Of a stretch of 40,299 nucleotides of DNA, positions 1-12,088 are shown piece after piece. The notes beneath the pieces were generated by a model. It searched no databases, was not told the DNA's origin, and was given only the letters and a program-made list of their open reading frames with translations. The stretch's first letter is position 1. Every line of letters begins with the position of its first letter. The stretch is from Psammoneis japonica (lineage: Eukaryota): positions 62,001 to 102,299 of the forward strand of contig QPGO01000099.1 in NCBI GenBank assembly GCA_008632985.1, in the 5' to 3' direction. Made by a program: the position numbers and the translations under genes.

Positions 1-1310
1 CGCAGCTTCGCAAGGGATCGGCTTTTACGGATCGAGCCATGTATATTACCGTGAATCGAAACAAGTGGGGTGAAAATGTTGTATCCGTTGTCAATACGTT
101 GGGTATTCATGGTATTGAAGATGAAGACTTTCCGTTTAATTGTGGAAAAGCAATTCAGCATTTGGATGCCTACCAACAAGACGTGCGGGAGGGTTACGAA
201 CGAGCCATGGGGAAAAGTTCCGACAGTATTCACGGTCAAGCCAAGGCTAGTGATGTGGGTTATGCCAAGCGACTTTGTGACAAAAATAAAAGTGATCAAG
301 TGGCTCGATACAATGCCGATACTCGAGGATGTGATTGCAATCGATCCGAAGGAAAAGTGCTGATTCTAGCCACGGTTCACGATACCTTTCCTCGTCCCGT
401 CGAAAAGAAATCGTTTTGGATTTCTTTTTGTGATTTAGAAACAGCACTGGCGTTTCGAAGAGAAGTGTGTCTAGAAAATGAAAAGGATTTGCCGATTAGT
501 TTGGAGTACATGGATCGGGATTCATTTGATGTGATTGATCGTTCTGGCAGAATTGTTGCCAATTTAATAAAGTTGGTTGGCACCGAGAGCCCCGTGGTGA
601 GCAAATTGTGGGCTCTCAAGTTGTGGTTTGAAGGCTTGCCGATAAGTGGCGCTCCGTTGTTTTGTGATAAAGTCCTACACGGACTCAACCCATGGGTTCC
701 AGCCGTTTTGCCGTCTCGAATGATGGATGCAGGTCGACAAATGGACCATCACGTGGCCATGACGGTTGGCGAGTTTGGAGACGGCAACATGGAACGTGTG
801 TTAAATCGATTGCAAACCTTTGCATCTGCTCACGGTAAAGACAAGATTTCCGTTCATGAGTGTCGCTCTGCGGGAGAAGCAGCCAGTTTGACAGCCTTTC
901 GATTTGTGGCTGCGCCAGCGTTTCGAACATGGTGTGTTGGCGAAGGAGTGCAGGGGTTCAGTGTGGACTATGCACTCCCAAAGAATAATGGAACTGCTCC
1001 AACATTGAATTCATCACTTTCTGCAAAGCCATTAAAGCGTATGCGATACTCGCACTTTGGATGCAATGTTGTTCACGAGGACTTGGCGTACGGACCCGAG
1101 GTTGATGTACAAGAGGCAAAAATGGCACTCAAGGAAACGGTCGAGGCTCAAAATCGAGGAAAGCTTCCCGCGGAACATGGGCATGGGACAGAATACCGTG
1201 CGCCTAAGGCCACACAGGAGCGTTGGAAACGCATGGACCCTCTGAATGTAATGAACCCGGGCATTGGCGGACTCTCTCGTGGATTTCAGTACAAGGACGA
1301 GCATGACTAG
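1..1310 (+). CDS. dld: FAD/quinone-dependent D-lactate dehydrogenase (bacterial Dld-like), 5' truncated by the window edge
   Basis: Frame is open from base 3 (QLRKGSAFTDRAM). C-terminal motifs GKLPAEHGHGTEY and DPLNVMNPGIGGLS resemble the E. coli Dld C-terminus (YPAEHNVGHLY...DPTNSMNPGIGKTS). HFGCNVVHED and LEYMDRDSFD are also Dld-like. Normal dinucleotide composition. Confidence 0.85.
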   Translation, partial: QLRKGSAFTDRAMYITVNRNKWGENVVSVVNTLGIHGIEDEDFPFNCGKAIQHLDAYQQDVREGYERAMGKSSDSIHGQAKASDVGYAKRLCDKNKSDQVARYNADTRGCDCNRSEGKVLILATVHDTFPRPVEKKSFWISFCDLETALAFRREVCLENEKDLPISLEYMDRDSFDVIDRSGRIVANLIKLVGTESPVVSKLWALKLWFEGLPISGAPLFCDKVLHGLNPWVPAVLPSRMMDAGRQMDHHVAMTVGEFGDGNMERVLNRLQTFASAHGKDKISVHECRSAGEAASLTAFRFVAAPAFRTWCVGEGVQGFSVDYALPKNNGTAPTLNSSLSAKPLKRMRYSHFGCNVVHEDLAYGPEVDVQEAKMALKETVEAQNRGKLPAEHGHGTEYRAPKATQERWKRMDPLNVMNPGIGGLSRGFQYKDEHD

Positions 1311-1574
1311 CTAGTGGTCGATAGCCTACGGTCAGTAGTTTCGACAAGATCATCTTGTAACAAGAACACGGATTCCCTTCAGTACAGTAGTAATGCCGTC
1401 TTCAACTTTGACTGTTGGATGGTGTGGTCTCCTGTGAGGTTTCTTGTAGTGATTGGTGGAACCAAAGATCCGAATCTGACGCCATTCAGCAGCAACACCG
1501 ACGATATCAAAGAACATTATCGAATTATAAAGAGCAAACATACATAGTTAATTTCAAAGAGACTGTTTTCATTT

Positions 1575-3830
1575 TCAAGAACCGAAACACCATGAGACCA
1601 AGATGATTCCCGATTGCAGAGACTGCTTTTTAGCAAAAACAACGCCCAAACCCAGCAGTCGATTCGTGCGGCTATTCTTCAGTCTTCCAGCCTTCCATGC
1701 TTTCTTTTGATAGCTCAACCAAAATCCAAGTCTCTTTCCATTTTCAATGTGGTGACAAGGCACTTTGCAACTTCCCTCGCACTCCGCAAATTGTTCTAGA
1801 GAAGAGAAAACATAGTCTCCCATTGCTCAGCCAAAATGTCCCACTCAACTCCAGCCTTCTCCAGTCGTTCTTGTCTAGAAGCATTAAGTTTTCCTTTCCT
1901 TTTGGCTGTCCGTTGCTTGATCAACCACCTTCCAAGGTTCTCCCCATCCTCTTTGTGACCGTGCAGCACCCTGCAATGGCCCTCACGCACCACAAATCGT
2001 TCAAGGCAAGAAAACACAGTCTCCCATTGCTCAGCAAAAACTTCCCACTTAACTCCAGCCTTCTCCAATCGTTCCTGTCTAGAAGCGTCCAGAGTCCCTT
2101 TCCTTTTGGCTGTCCGTTGCTTGTTCAACCACCTTCCAAGGTTCTCCCCATCCTCTTTGTGACCCTGCAGCACAATGCAATGGCCCTCATGCACCACAAA
2201 TCGTTCAAGGCAAGAAAACATGGTCTCCCATTGCTCAGCCCGAATGTCCCACTCCACTCCAGCCTCCTTAATTTTTTTCTTTGTCAATGTCAAGCTTGCC
2301 AAGCTTGCATTTTTGCCGTTGCTTCTGCGACCAACTTCCAAGGGCAAAGCCATCCTCGGTGCACATTTGTTGGGAACATCACAATTGTTTTCTCTCTCCA
2401 AGCAAACCAAGAGCAGGCTGCAAGCATGACTCCATTTGTCATCATTCACACTCCACTTGACTCCGCCTTCTTGAGTGCTTGTTGACAAGAAATGTCCAGC
2501 ACCCCATTCTTTTTAGCTCGCTGTTGTCTGCTTGGCCCCCAAATTCATCCCCTCCTCTTTGTGGCCACAAGGAACGTTGCAACTCCCTTCGCGGTCTCCA
2601 CACACCAAGAGCACATCGCACATGCGATCCCAGGAACTCTTGTCTTTGCATTCTCTGATTGCCCTGTGCATGATGTCATTTTTCTTTTCAAAGGACAATG
2701 AATCAGGAAGCATGAAGGAATCAAGGACACAAGGAGGGTGCTCATTTCTTCAAATGGCCTTCCAAGTCTGTTGCTCTCTTCAATCACAAACAAGACGTCC
2801 TGATGCAATTCAGGATCTAGACCAACCATGGCCTCAAAAGCAAAGGCAAACATTTTGCATCCATTGGTGTCCTTGGACAACAGTTCTTCATCAGAAGTGT
2901 TTCTGGCTCACACGCCCAATCATTTGTTGTGCCAGGACTGAACTCCGAACGGGATCAGCCACCATTGCAACCAACTCCCAATCTGCCTCGTCAACACCTG
3001 CAGCCAGTGCTTTCCAGTTGGCAATGATGGGTTTGGATGCAGACTTTCCTTTCAACAAACCTTTTCCCGTTTTGTGGCAGACATTTTTGGGCTGCCACTG
3101 ACAGGAAATGCAGCAATGTTGTCCTTCAAAAGGAGAGTCAAGAAGAGTCCGCAAACGCATGTGCCCGGGCATTTGCAGAGTGAAACGAGACTGCATGATT
3201 CACGTTGAGTTTGTGAAAAGCTGCTTGAATGGCAAAAGGCACCAGGGAATGATTTGAAAGATCATTTGAATGATGGGCATGTGGCCACAGATTTTGCCTC
3301 TGTCCAACACGCACAGCGCAATGGGAACCACAATGTTGCACTCTGCACTTTCCTGCAGTGTCTTCCTCTCAACACATGACCCAAACAATGGCTTGTCATC
3401 AAAGCTCCGAACAGCTGCAGCCTTGTGAGCCACAGTCTTGTCGTCCCTTTTCAGCGACAGAGTTTGTGCTCCAAACTTGTCAAGCTTGGATCCTGACATG
3501 GCAACTTGCTTCAGAGATTTGGTGCATCGACAAGGGGTGGCTGCAAGAAAAAGTTGACAGTCAATGGGAAGGATGCTGTTGTAGAGACCGCAACCAAACA
3601 AATTGCCAGCACCTTCCATCTTGTGTGCTTTGTCAAAGATGCCAAACCTGATGCTGCTGCCCAGCTTGTTTGAAGCCTTGCCAACCTTGGGCAATGAGTT
3701 GCACGTGCAGCTGACAAACTGCAACTCATCATCATTGGAAAAAAGAAATGCTGCAATCTTGTCAACAGATGTTGTGCATGCCTCAGATCGACTGGTTTGG
3801 CCAGCCGCAATCAATCTCGAGTGAGTCACA
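1575..3830 (-). pseudogene. Decayed SF2 helicase C-terminal part plus tandem helicase-associated (HA, PF03457-like) repeats, copy 1
   Basis: HA repeats of about 60 aa (WETMFSCLERFVVHEGHCIVLQGHKEDGENLGRWLNKQRTAKRKGTLDASRQERLEKAGVKW) at 1796-2488 and 1575-1823. Helicase motifs SCTCNSL, IFDKAH and LFLAATP at 3200-3829. Stops, frameshifts and TpA depletion. Confidence 0.8.
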
Positions 3831-4762
3831 TTTTGTCAAATGCTCCAGATGAATCCAAAACTCCCAGAACTTGATCCACAAGTGTGAGCTTTGGTGTTGC
3901 ATGAATCGCCACTTGCACTCCTTTGAATCACAATCTTGCAAGCATTTCAAGGCTGAGCAATGTTTCACCCCCATCCCCGGGGAAGCTGAGTGTTGGCTTG
4001 GTGGTGTTTCTCATCATCAGATGATCTCAGTGTGTCACCTGCACTTCCATTTGAATTGCTCCCTCTCCCCACAGAGGATTTGTTGTCATCTCCACAGCAG
4101 TGACTTGTGAGAGAATCAATGACATCATTGTGTTGATCATCACAACATTGACAGCAGCGGCTTTCTTGATTTTCTGTGCACGACACTTTGATTTCTGAAG
4201 ATCATGTTTTTGTTCTTTGATCAATCTCGCTGGTGATCATTCTGTGGTCTTGTTGCAGATGCTCAATCCCAGAACAGATCAGATCCTCACTTGAGTCAAA
4301 ACTCGAAACACCGCTTTGCTGAGAGTCCAGATTTGATGGCTCATGAACAAAATCGACAGCTGTGTTGTTCAGCACATCCAAACATGCTGATTTCAGGTGA
4401 GCTGGGCCTTGTGGCTTTGCATGGAAAACTTGCATTGGTTGAAATGACAAAGAGCCAGAACAACAGATGCAAATCAGCACATGAACCAGAAACGTCTTCA
4501 TTGCATTGAAACACACGCATCAACCATGGCCACGTTGTTGTCGGTGGTCAGAAAAAATCACGCGAACAACACAGTGATGCCATTGGCATGAAATTCTGGG
4601 TGGACGGTGGATGTGCCGGCCCTCATGTTGTGCTGGAAATGCACTTTTGGCAGTGAAAATTAATCGAAACGGTTTCTGATCTTAACAGCTTCTCTCACTT
4701 CATTTTGTCTGCTTTGCAAAACACACACACAAAAACAAACAAACAAAACAGGCAATCTGGCG

Positions 4763-5640
4763 ATGATGAGCAATCAGGCACTGCCATCTGCTGGCAACAG
4801 TTTGTCCAATGGCGACACTGCATCTGCAATGCCTGAAAGCAGCAGCGGTTCAGCAGCACCTCATGGTGTTCCCAACCGCAATGCAGCTGTTTGTGTCAAT
4901 GTCCTGTGGGGCAAACAAGGCAGAGACAACACGTTCAAATTGCAAACCAAGGTTGATCCACAGTCATTTGGTCCAACTCAGGGTCTGCAATTGTGAGAAG
5001 AAGACACTCAACAAATGAACTGACAAATGAACTGAAGGGCAGCTCTGGAAATGTGAGGAACAATGGTGCTTCAGAAACCCGGAATGGATCATCCCTGAAC
5101 GGCAACAATGCTCATCAAGCAAACGGGGGCGGTTTCACCATTCGCGTGAATGAAAATGGCATGCCTGCAGCAACAATGCAACCAAACAGAGCACGTCATC
5201 AAAATGGCATTGGAGGTTCGAACGCAGTTGGTGGTTTGGGTCCCAATGCTTGCACATCACCCATGGCTGGATGCAATGGTGCCGCACGGCCTGTGCTGCC
5301 ACCCTTGCTCCCTCAGCAAGCAGAGTTCAAGTCGATGATTGTTCTTCATTGAGCTTGAAATGTGCCATTTGTTGAGATGTCCTGCAAGATCCAGTGGGAT
5401 GTGGAAATGACTGTTCTGCAAGGTTTTGTCAAATGTGTTTGGAGCAGCACTCTGCTCGTGCTTGGGGCAGAAACGATGCACCCAAGTGTCCTTGTTGCCA
5501 AAGAGACACTCAATCAATCAAATCTGATGCTGAGTTCAGGAGCAACTCAAGGACATCATTGTGGAGCGTGCTTGTGGTTGTGATCAACAAGACATTGAGC
5601 TCTGTGATTGGAAGAGACACAAACACGATTGTCCGAATGT
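4763..5640 (+). pseudogene. Hypermutated RING-finger (E3 ligase-like) gene fragment
   Basis: From about 5355 reads LKCAIC*DVLQDPVGCGNDCSARFCQMCLEQ...KCPCC, a RING-type Cys spacing with an in-frame TGA. Preceded by low-complexity N/G-rich coding-like sequence. No TpA seen. Confidence 0.55.
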
Positions 5641-5649
5641 GAAGCTGCA

Positions 5650-6790
5650 TTGTGCCCACAAGGTCCACAAACAATTTGAACACCGGAAACAATTTGATCA
5701 GAGGCACCCCACTTTAGTGTGAGTGCTTGGGCTCCAAGCTCGCCCAGCTTGGATGTCAACACAGCAACTTGTTTTGGAGACTCAGTGCAACGACAAGGCA
5801 TGGCCATTGGGAACAGGCGGCAGTCAACTGGAAGCAACGAATTACAGAGTCCATGACCAAACAAATTTCCAGCCCCTTCCATCTCGTGCACTTCATCAAA
5901 AATGCCGAATCCCGCGCTGACTCCAAGCTTTCTAATGGCATCTCCTGCCTTGGGCAGTGAGTTGCAAGTGCAGGTGATGAAGGGCAGCTTGCCCTCATTG
6001 TGAGACAGAAATTCCACAATTTTGTCAATGGATGTCGTGCAAGCCTCAGCACGGCTCGTTTGGCTGGCCACAATCTGTTGGGAGTGAGGAATTTTGGCAA
6101 ACACACCAGATTTGTCTGTGGATTCCAATGCTCGATCCACCAGAATCAGCTTCATTGTCGCGCAAATGGCAGACTCGATTTTTGATCTAGATGGACCTGA
6201 TCCTTGTTTTGCCATCCTGGCAAGTGTTTCCAAACCAAGCAATGTTTTGCCCCACCCCGGTGGAAGTGCTGCATTGGCCCTGCGATGATGATCATGTGCG
6301 ACTGTGGAAGAAATCTTGTCTGAATGCCATCTTGAGTTGTTTCCATTCTCTCCTCCCAACGGTTTTTGGTCTCCACGATGACATTGCACGAGACATTCTG
6401 TTGTGTCATCATGACGGTTGCCTCGATGTTGACAGTTTGCTTGACTGTTTGATGATGCACCGGCACTTGGAGTTGTTCTTCTTGCAGTGGAGTGTTGCAG
6501 GTCTTGCTCACACTCACAATCTTGGGTTGGAAATGTCAGCTCATTTCGACAAAACTGTCAACATGCTTTTGGAAGAAACTCTCTTGGAGGCGGTTCAACT
6601 ACAAGCTCAACAAGACTGTCATTAAATGCTTTGACGGATGCCACTGAGAGTTGAAAAGCACTTTGTGATCTTTTTGGCAGTCCAAATCGCAGTGGCTGAA
6701 AAGATTCAGGCAGTTCAACTTGGAGCAAGAGGAGACATGGAAAGAGCTGTGAAGACTTCATTGTTCTTGGCATCTGCAGAGCAGCAAACT
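5650..6790 (-). pseudogene. Decayed SF2 helicase N-terminal part (motifs I-III), copy 1
   Basis: ORF 5556-6389 contains LPPGWGKT (Walker A), ITCTCNSL (Ib), IFDEVH (II) and RLFPMAMP (decayed TATP, III). Colinear with 23397-24660 on the opposite strand. Confidence 0.75.
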
Positions 6791-7084
6791 GTGCAATGTG
6801 CGATGGCCGTCACAAACCAGATGGTGAGTTTGCATGCTTGCGCGCAACTTCTGATCATCTGCACTGCTCTGTGCTCACCGGGCAGAACACACCAGAGGAG
6901 AGGTGACAAATGAGAGAGAGAGACAGAGAGAAACAGACTTCTCTTCTGCTGCTCAAGCACACCACACCACAGTCATGCTTGTCAGAAGATTGTGCCAGCT
7001 TCACAAAAATGTGTTTGGGGCAGAGGTCGACAAAACATGATTTTCCACCCAGTCCCGCCAGCCTCATGTTCATTCTTGCCAACT

Positions 7085-7690
7085 GAATGATGGCAAAGTT
7101 CAGAGATGGTGGCTCGGAGCATGTGTTGAGTTGTTGGCTTTGCAAGCCTTTGCCTCCAAAGAACACACAAGCTTTCCACTCACATGAGCGCCCCATTGTT
7201 GATTGCTGTGCAAGAAAAGCTGCCAACTTGGCTGCCTCTCAAATTGTGGCTGCACCACAGCCTTTCAAACGCAGTGTGTTGGTGGAGGAGTGTGTGTGTG
7301 TGTGTGTGTGTGTGTGGGTCCAGCTTGGGCTGTGCACTCACAAAGTGCACCAGAACAACTTCTCAAACCTTGAGTTGTTTGCTGCCTTCTGAAAAGCCAC
7401 CCAGGTGTGCCCAACACTCAAACTTTGGGTGCCATGTTGGCTCATGAAAACTTGGCACACAGATGACCCAAGGTTGATGCCCAAGAGGCAAAACTGGCAC
7501 TCAACACCAAAATGGCAGAGGCTCAATGCAAAGGGAAGCTTCCCATGGAAAATGGGCATGATGGGAAAGACTGAGGAGCATTGGAAATGCGTGGACCCCC
7601 CCATGAAAGCAATGGTCCCGGCATTGGCAGACTCTCACAACGGTTTCAGCACCACAATGGCGAGCATGACCATTTTGGTCAGTGCAGTCC
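7085..7690 (+). pseudogene. Hypermutated duplicate of the 3' half of the D-lactate dehydrogenase gene
   Basis: Aligns by eye to about 760-1310. Examples: gacccaaggttgatgcccaagaggcaaaactggcactcaa vs gacccgaggttgatgtacaagaggcaaaaatggcactcaa, and ggcattggcagactctc vs ggcattggcggactctc. Indels and frameshifts. Confidence 0.85.
7290..7316. repeat. (GT)n microsatellite inside the dld pseudogene
   Basis: About 13 TG units, absent from the intact dld copy (gaaggagtgcagggg). Confidence 0.95.
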
Positions 7691-7866
7691 ATGGAGCAGA
7701 GCAATTGCCATGTGTTCCTCATGCTCCAACTCTTTAGCTGGTCGAGAGCGGCAAGGTTATCTTCAACGATGACTCTAGCTGGTAGACGATGCAGTCTCCT
7801 GTGTGTTGTTTTCTATGTATCACTGCGTAGCTGACAAGAGTAATAAGAGCAAGGACATCATCTACT

Positions 7867-10239
7867 TTAACTCTTTAGCTCTTCAAGAGCCGAAATGACG
7901 TCTTCAACTGTGATCAGCAGAGAATCAATACCTCCACCTTCGGTGCGGGCACGAGCCAAAGCCATGGATCCAGCACATCGGACCAAACCGGCAATATCTG
8001 CACCCGAAAAGCCTCCAGTCCACTGACTGGCCGCCAAGTCTCGTATCCGCGGGCTTCGGCCAATGGAAAAACGTGTTCGAAGCTTTCTGCTTCTTCTTGA
8101 TTTGCCACCAATACCACTCTTTACTCCGTCAATCGCCTCACACAGCGGTTTGCTCAGTCTTCCCTTTCGTCGCAACGCTTCAAAGTGTATTTGCAATATT
8201 TCACGACGACCCTCTCGATCTGGAAAGGGTATTTTTACCTGCACTTCAAGACGCCCTGGTCGAAGAAGAGCACTGTCCAACAGCTCTCGTCGGTTTGTCA
8301 TTCCAATCAACAGCACATTCCCAAGCGCATTTACGCCGTCAAGCTTTGCAAGGATTTGATTTACACACGAGTCGCGAGACACTTGACCACTGTCTTCACT
8401 AGTCGTACGTCGGCGAAAGACAGCGTCGATTTCGTCAATGACAATAACATGCAATGAGCATTTCGTGGCGTCTCCGTTGTTTCGTCTTAGTTCGTCTTCT
8501 GCATCCGCGAAGAGTTCTCGGACCAGCTTTTCACTTCCGCCAACCCATCGATCAAGTAACTCTGGTGCAGCTACAATCTTGGGACGTCGTGCATTCAAAC
8601 TTTTCGATATCTCTCGTGCCAAGGCCGTCTTTCCGCATCCGGGCGGCCCGTACAAAAGCAATCCCCGCACCGGCTCTAGTCCAAGCGCCGCCAAGGTTTC
8701 CGCCTCATTGATTCTCTTTTGATGATTTTCCGTGTTACTTTCATTGGTATCACTAGTGTCCGACACCGGCTGGATAACTCTACCATCTAAAACCCTGCGA
8801 ACAATGGCTTGGATTTGGGTTTGGAGGCCGCCCACGTTGGAGGTAAACGACGACTCGAGAAGGTCGACATGGTCCTTCCCAGACAGGTCCTCGTTATTTG
8901 GAAAAGAAGCATCGTTGACACTGGCTTGTATGATTTCTGGTTTTGTTTCATTTACTTGAACAATATCAAACATTTGAGTTGGATTCCATCTGATTTGATC
9001 AAGTGCCATTTCGTCCCCTTGTTGAGATAGCAGAGGAAGCGATAAACCTTTTGGCAGCAAAACCACTTCTACCAAGGCACAGGGTCCCATATCCACCGCC
9101 TAAATAGACAGAGGAAGAAGATTCATATAAATCATTAACCTTTGCAATTTCTTGTTTTCACGAGTAAGACTGATACAAACTCACCTAGTAGTTTCGATCT
9201 GGTCCGCCGTACTGAAGCCATGATTTGACTTGATCGTTGTATACTTGTACTCGTTCTCCTACACGTCGTTGTTGCTTCCCAAGCAACCGATATCGCTTCG
9301 CACCACCATACAATAGTTTTCCGTATGCCATGGCTCCCGGGGCTGTTTGGAGCGCATGACGTAGTTCTGCCCCCGATGGGAGCAAAACGACGCGGCAGCC
9401 AATCCGTTCAAGGAACTCATCCCGTGACGAGTCTATTGTCTATTCAGTCCGTACAGTACAGGTTCGAATCTTGTTAGCTAGATTTCGATGGGAGATGGCA
9501 GAGTTAACTTGTAGAATAGCCACATACCTTTAGTATGGGATCTCCAACAGTAGCATTCACCGCCTTTCGTAGTTCGGGAGCAAGTTCCAGAATCATTGGA
9601 GATGGACAAGCCTTCATCCATTTAACCCAACGCAATGTTTCATCTCTAGATTCCAACAGGTCCACAAAGTTTGGATCTTGCGGGTTATTCTGTATAAACC
9701 ACAACGCTTTGTAGTGAGTGGATACATGTTGTATAATCAGGCAAACTACTACGCCTTTCGAGAGCCGTATTCTTTCTTACCAAAGTGCATAAGCACAAAG
9801 AATCTATACAAGACTTCAATCGAAACGAAGACGCTTCATCCACCCAAGAAGTCCATCCAGTCGAGGCTCCATCATTTCCTTCTTGTCGCTTCAAGTCACT
9901 CATCACGAGGCAGTTTCCCACATTTCCCGCAAGCAGTTCAAACGCACTGGTTGCTGAGTCATTATCCTCATTGTCTAATATATGAGAAGCCTTGTTCGTA
10001 ACGTCACTATCCGCCTCGGAAATTTCTTGATTGATTATTTGCTCATGCTCTGGCACCACCGACCATATCATCGCAGTTCTTCCTACGTGGCGCAGCTCAT
10101 TTTTCTCGCCAACGTGCCGGTAGTTCTGAGGAACAAAAAATCCCCAACAACGCAAATTCATTCCAACAAGAAGTAGCGTCCATAATTGTATTGGAGTTAT
10201 TCTTCTGAGAGCAGCGGTATAAAGTTTATTGTCTAACAT
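7867..10239 (-). CDS. NSF/Sec18-like AAA+ ATPase with N-terminal extension. Predicted exons 10239-9781, 9689-9528, 9439-9185, 9099-7867, with an in-frame TAG at the end of exon 3
   Basis: [13 protein letters not shown] (Walker A), [11 protein letters not shown] (Walker B), [11 protein letters not shown] and [21 protein letters not shown] are NSF-type. Three phase-0 GT-AG introns join the ORF pieces. The hydrophobic N-terminus ending RCWG-F resembles a diatom bipartite presequence (inference). Confidence 0.8.
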
Positions 10240-10499
10240 CTCTATCGTACTAGAGAGCGATCATTCTGACCGCAACATCAAACAGCGCGTATCTCATGGT
10301 CTAAAAAAAAAAAATCGGTCTAATACGTAGGTAGAACTTGTGTAGAATTTGATAAGGACGCAATTCCATTTGATAAGGACAAGTAGAAAGCAACGGTCCA
10401 GTTTGGTAGAAATTTGAAAAGGACGCCTGACGGGGAATCCTCTTCATTTCCTTCATTCCACTCAAATGATCCCGATTTGGCACATCGTACCGTAAGAAA

Positions 10500-11960
10500 C
10501 GGCCATTCGCATTGCACTTTGATGTGTCTCGGCATGGCAAACATCGTGGGGCAGACGCATTTTGCATGTGTGATCTCTTTCTATCGCTGTCATGAAGAGG
10601 TTGACACATTGGCTTGGCTTCCTGGGGGGCTTTGGTTGTGACACACGGTGCAAACCGTTGCATGCATCGACTCGTGCCTCGATTGCTGCACACTGCGGGT
10701 TACATCTGAATGGTCGACAACATTGCCAAGGTGAGTTCTTCATGCATTTTCTCATTTTATTTCATTTCCCTGTTTGCTGAAGATTGTTGTTGTTTTTTGT
10801 TGCAGCTCACAAGGTGGGTTGATCGTCTCATGCGGTCGATTAAGATTCTGTAATGTTGGCATGTTGTTCAAGTCGCTGGTGCAGCCAAAGCACATCCGTT
10901 TGGGATCTTTGCACTTCGTCCCACTCTGCGTCCTTTGGCGCACCCAGTGTGCACATCAATGTGGATTTGTGATGTGCTTGGCATCCTTCTTGGGGGCTTG
11001 GTCGGCACATGATCACGGCATGCCGTGCATTCGGCCGTCACAATTTTTGGAAAGCGCGCGCCGTTGGAACAAAATGATGCGATGGAGCCTGGGGGACACT
11101 TGCAACATCAGCAATTGTCAGACAGTCTTGTCACAGTCCAAAAAAGGTGATCCTGTGAGTGTGCTCCAATTGTTTCATTGCTGGACTCGTTTTGACAAAA
11201 CTTGCACACCTCACGAGCCTTTTTTTGTGCGTCTCATTCATGCGTGCAGGCATCTGGTCTGTGATGAGCCTTTTTTCCTGTTCTGCAATCGATTCTCTTC
11301 ATTGTCTAAGACACAATGTCATCCACGTCATTTTGGGAGATCTTGGCAGTGCGCCAATGAGCCCAGGAGGCTTTGCACAGGGTAAAATGGGGAGGTCGAG
11401 GCTTGTGTTGGCGGGCTCATTGCCTGCTCTTGAATGTGCGGATGCCACGAACTGCTGATGGCACATTGGGGCACAAAAATTGGTGAGGCGACTCAGCTCT
11501 GCCTCCAAAAGGTGCCCTGGTGAGCACACTGTGTCATGTGATCCCATGTTGTTGTGTGCGTTGTTCCACTCATGTTTTTGTTTTGCCTGTCATTTTCCAG
11601 TGTGAATGTTGTTTGCTGTCACAGGTTGCAGTGGCATTTCCAGGCCCACATTCTAAATGAAAGATGTCTTTTGATGTTCCTCACTCACATGGGGAAATCA
11701 GATCCTGGAACTTTCTGCATCTGGTCGGGTCTCTAGAGAGGGAATGGATGGAACAATGTGGAGCCGGTTGCAGAAAAGTGATGAAAAAATGTTTGGCAAG
11801 TGCGCTGTTGTGTGTCGACTGTGGAGTCAGTCAGCTGTGGGTGTGTGCTTTTTCTGCATTTCTGTGAGCAACGAACCAGCAGATGATGCACCTGGACAGA
11901 TCATGCAGTGTTGTTGTTCTTCAGAGTGTTTGCTCCAGAGAGCAGAGAGCCACGACTGGC
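10500..11960. other. Hypermutated (TpA-free) sequence of unknown origin, probably a decayed transposon or gene
   Basis: Sharp compositional change between two divergent genes. Only Cys/His-rich short ORFs, with no motif I recognise. Confidence 0.45.
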
Positions 11961-12088
11961 TGGCCAGCTAGAGCAGATAGCTTCTCTCTTTCCCCTCCTC
12001 CTTTTCCTCTTCTTTTTTTCACAAACTTGGAGCCACCTGCGTGACCGGACACATGCCGAAATTCCTCAAATCCAAAATGAAACCAGCG

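Noticed and set aside
1800..7700. Classical fungal RIP or CpG decay alone as the cause of the skew
   Set aside because: RIP increases TpA and CpG decay does not remove it. Repeat comparisons show TA as the ancestral state.
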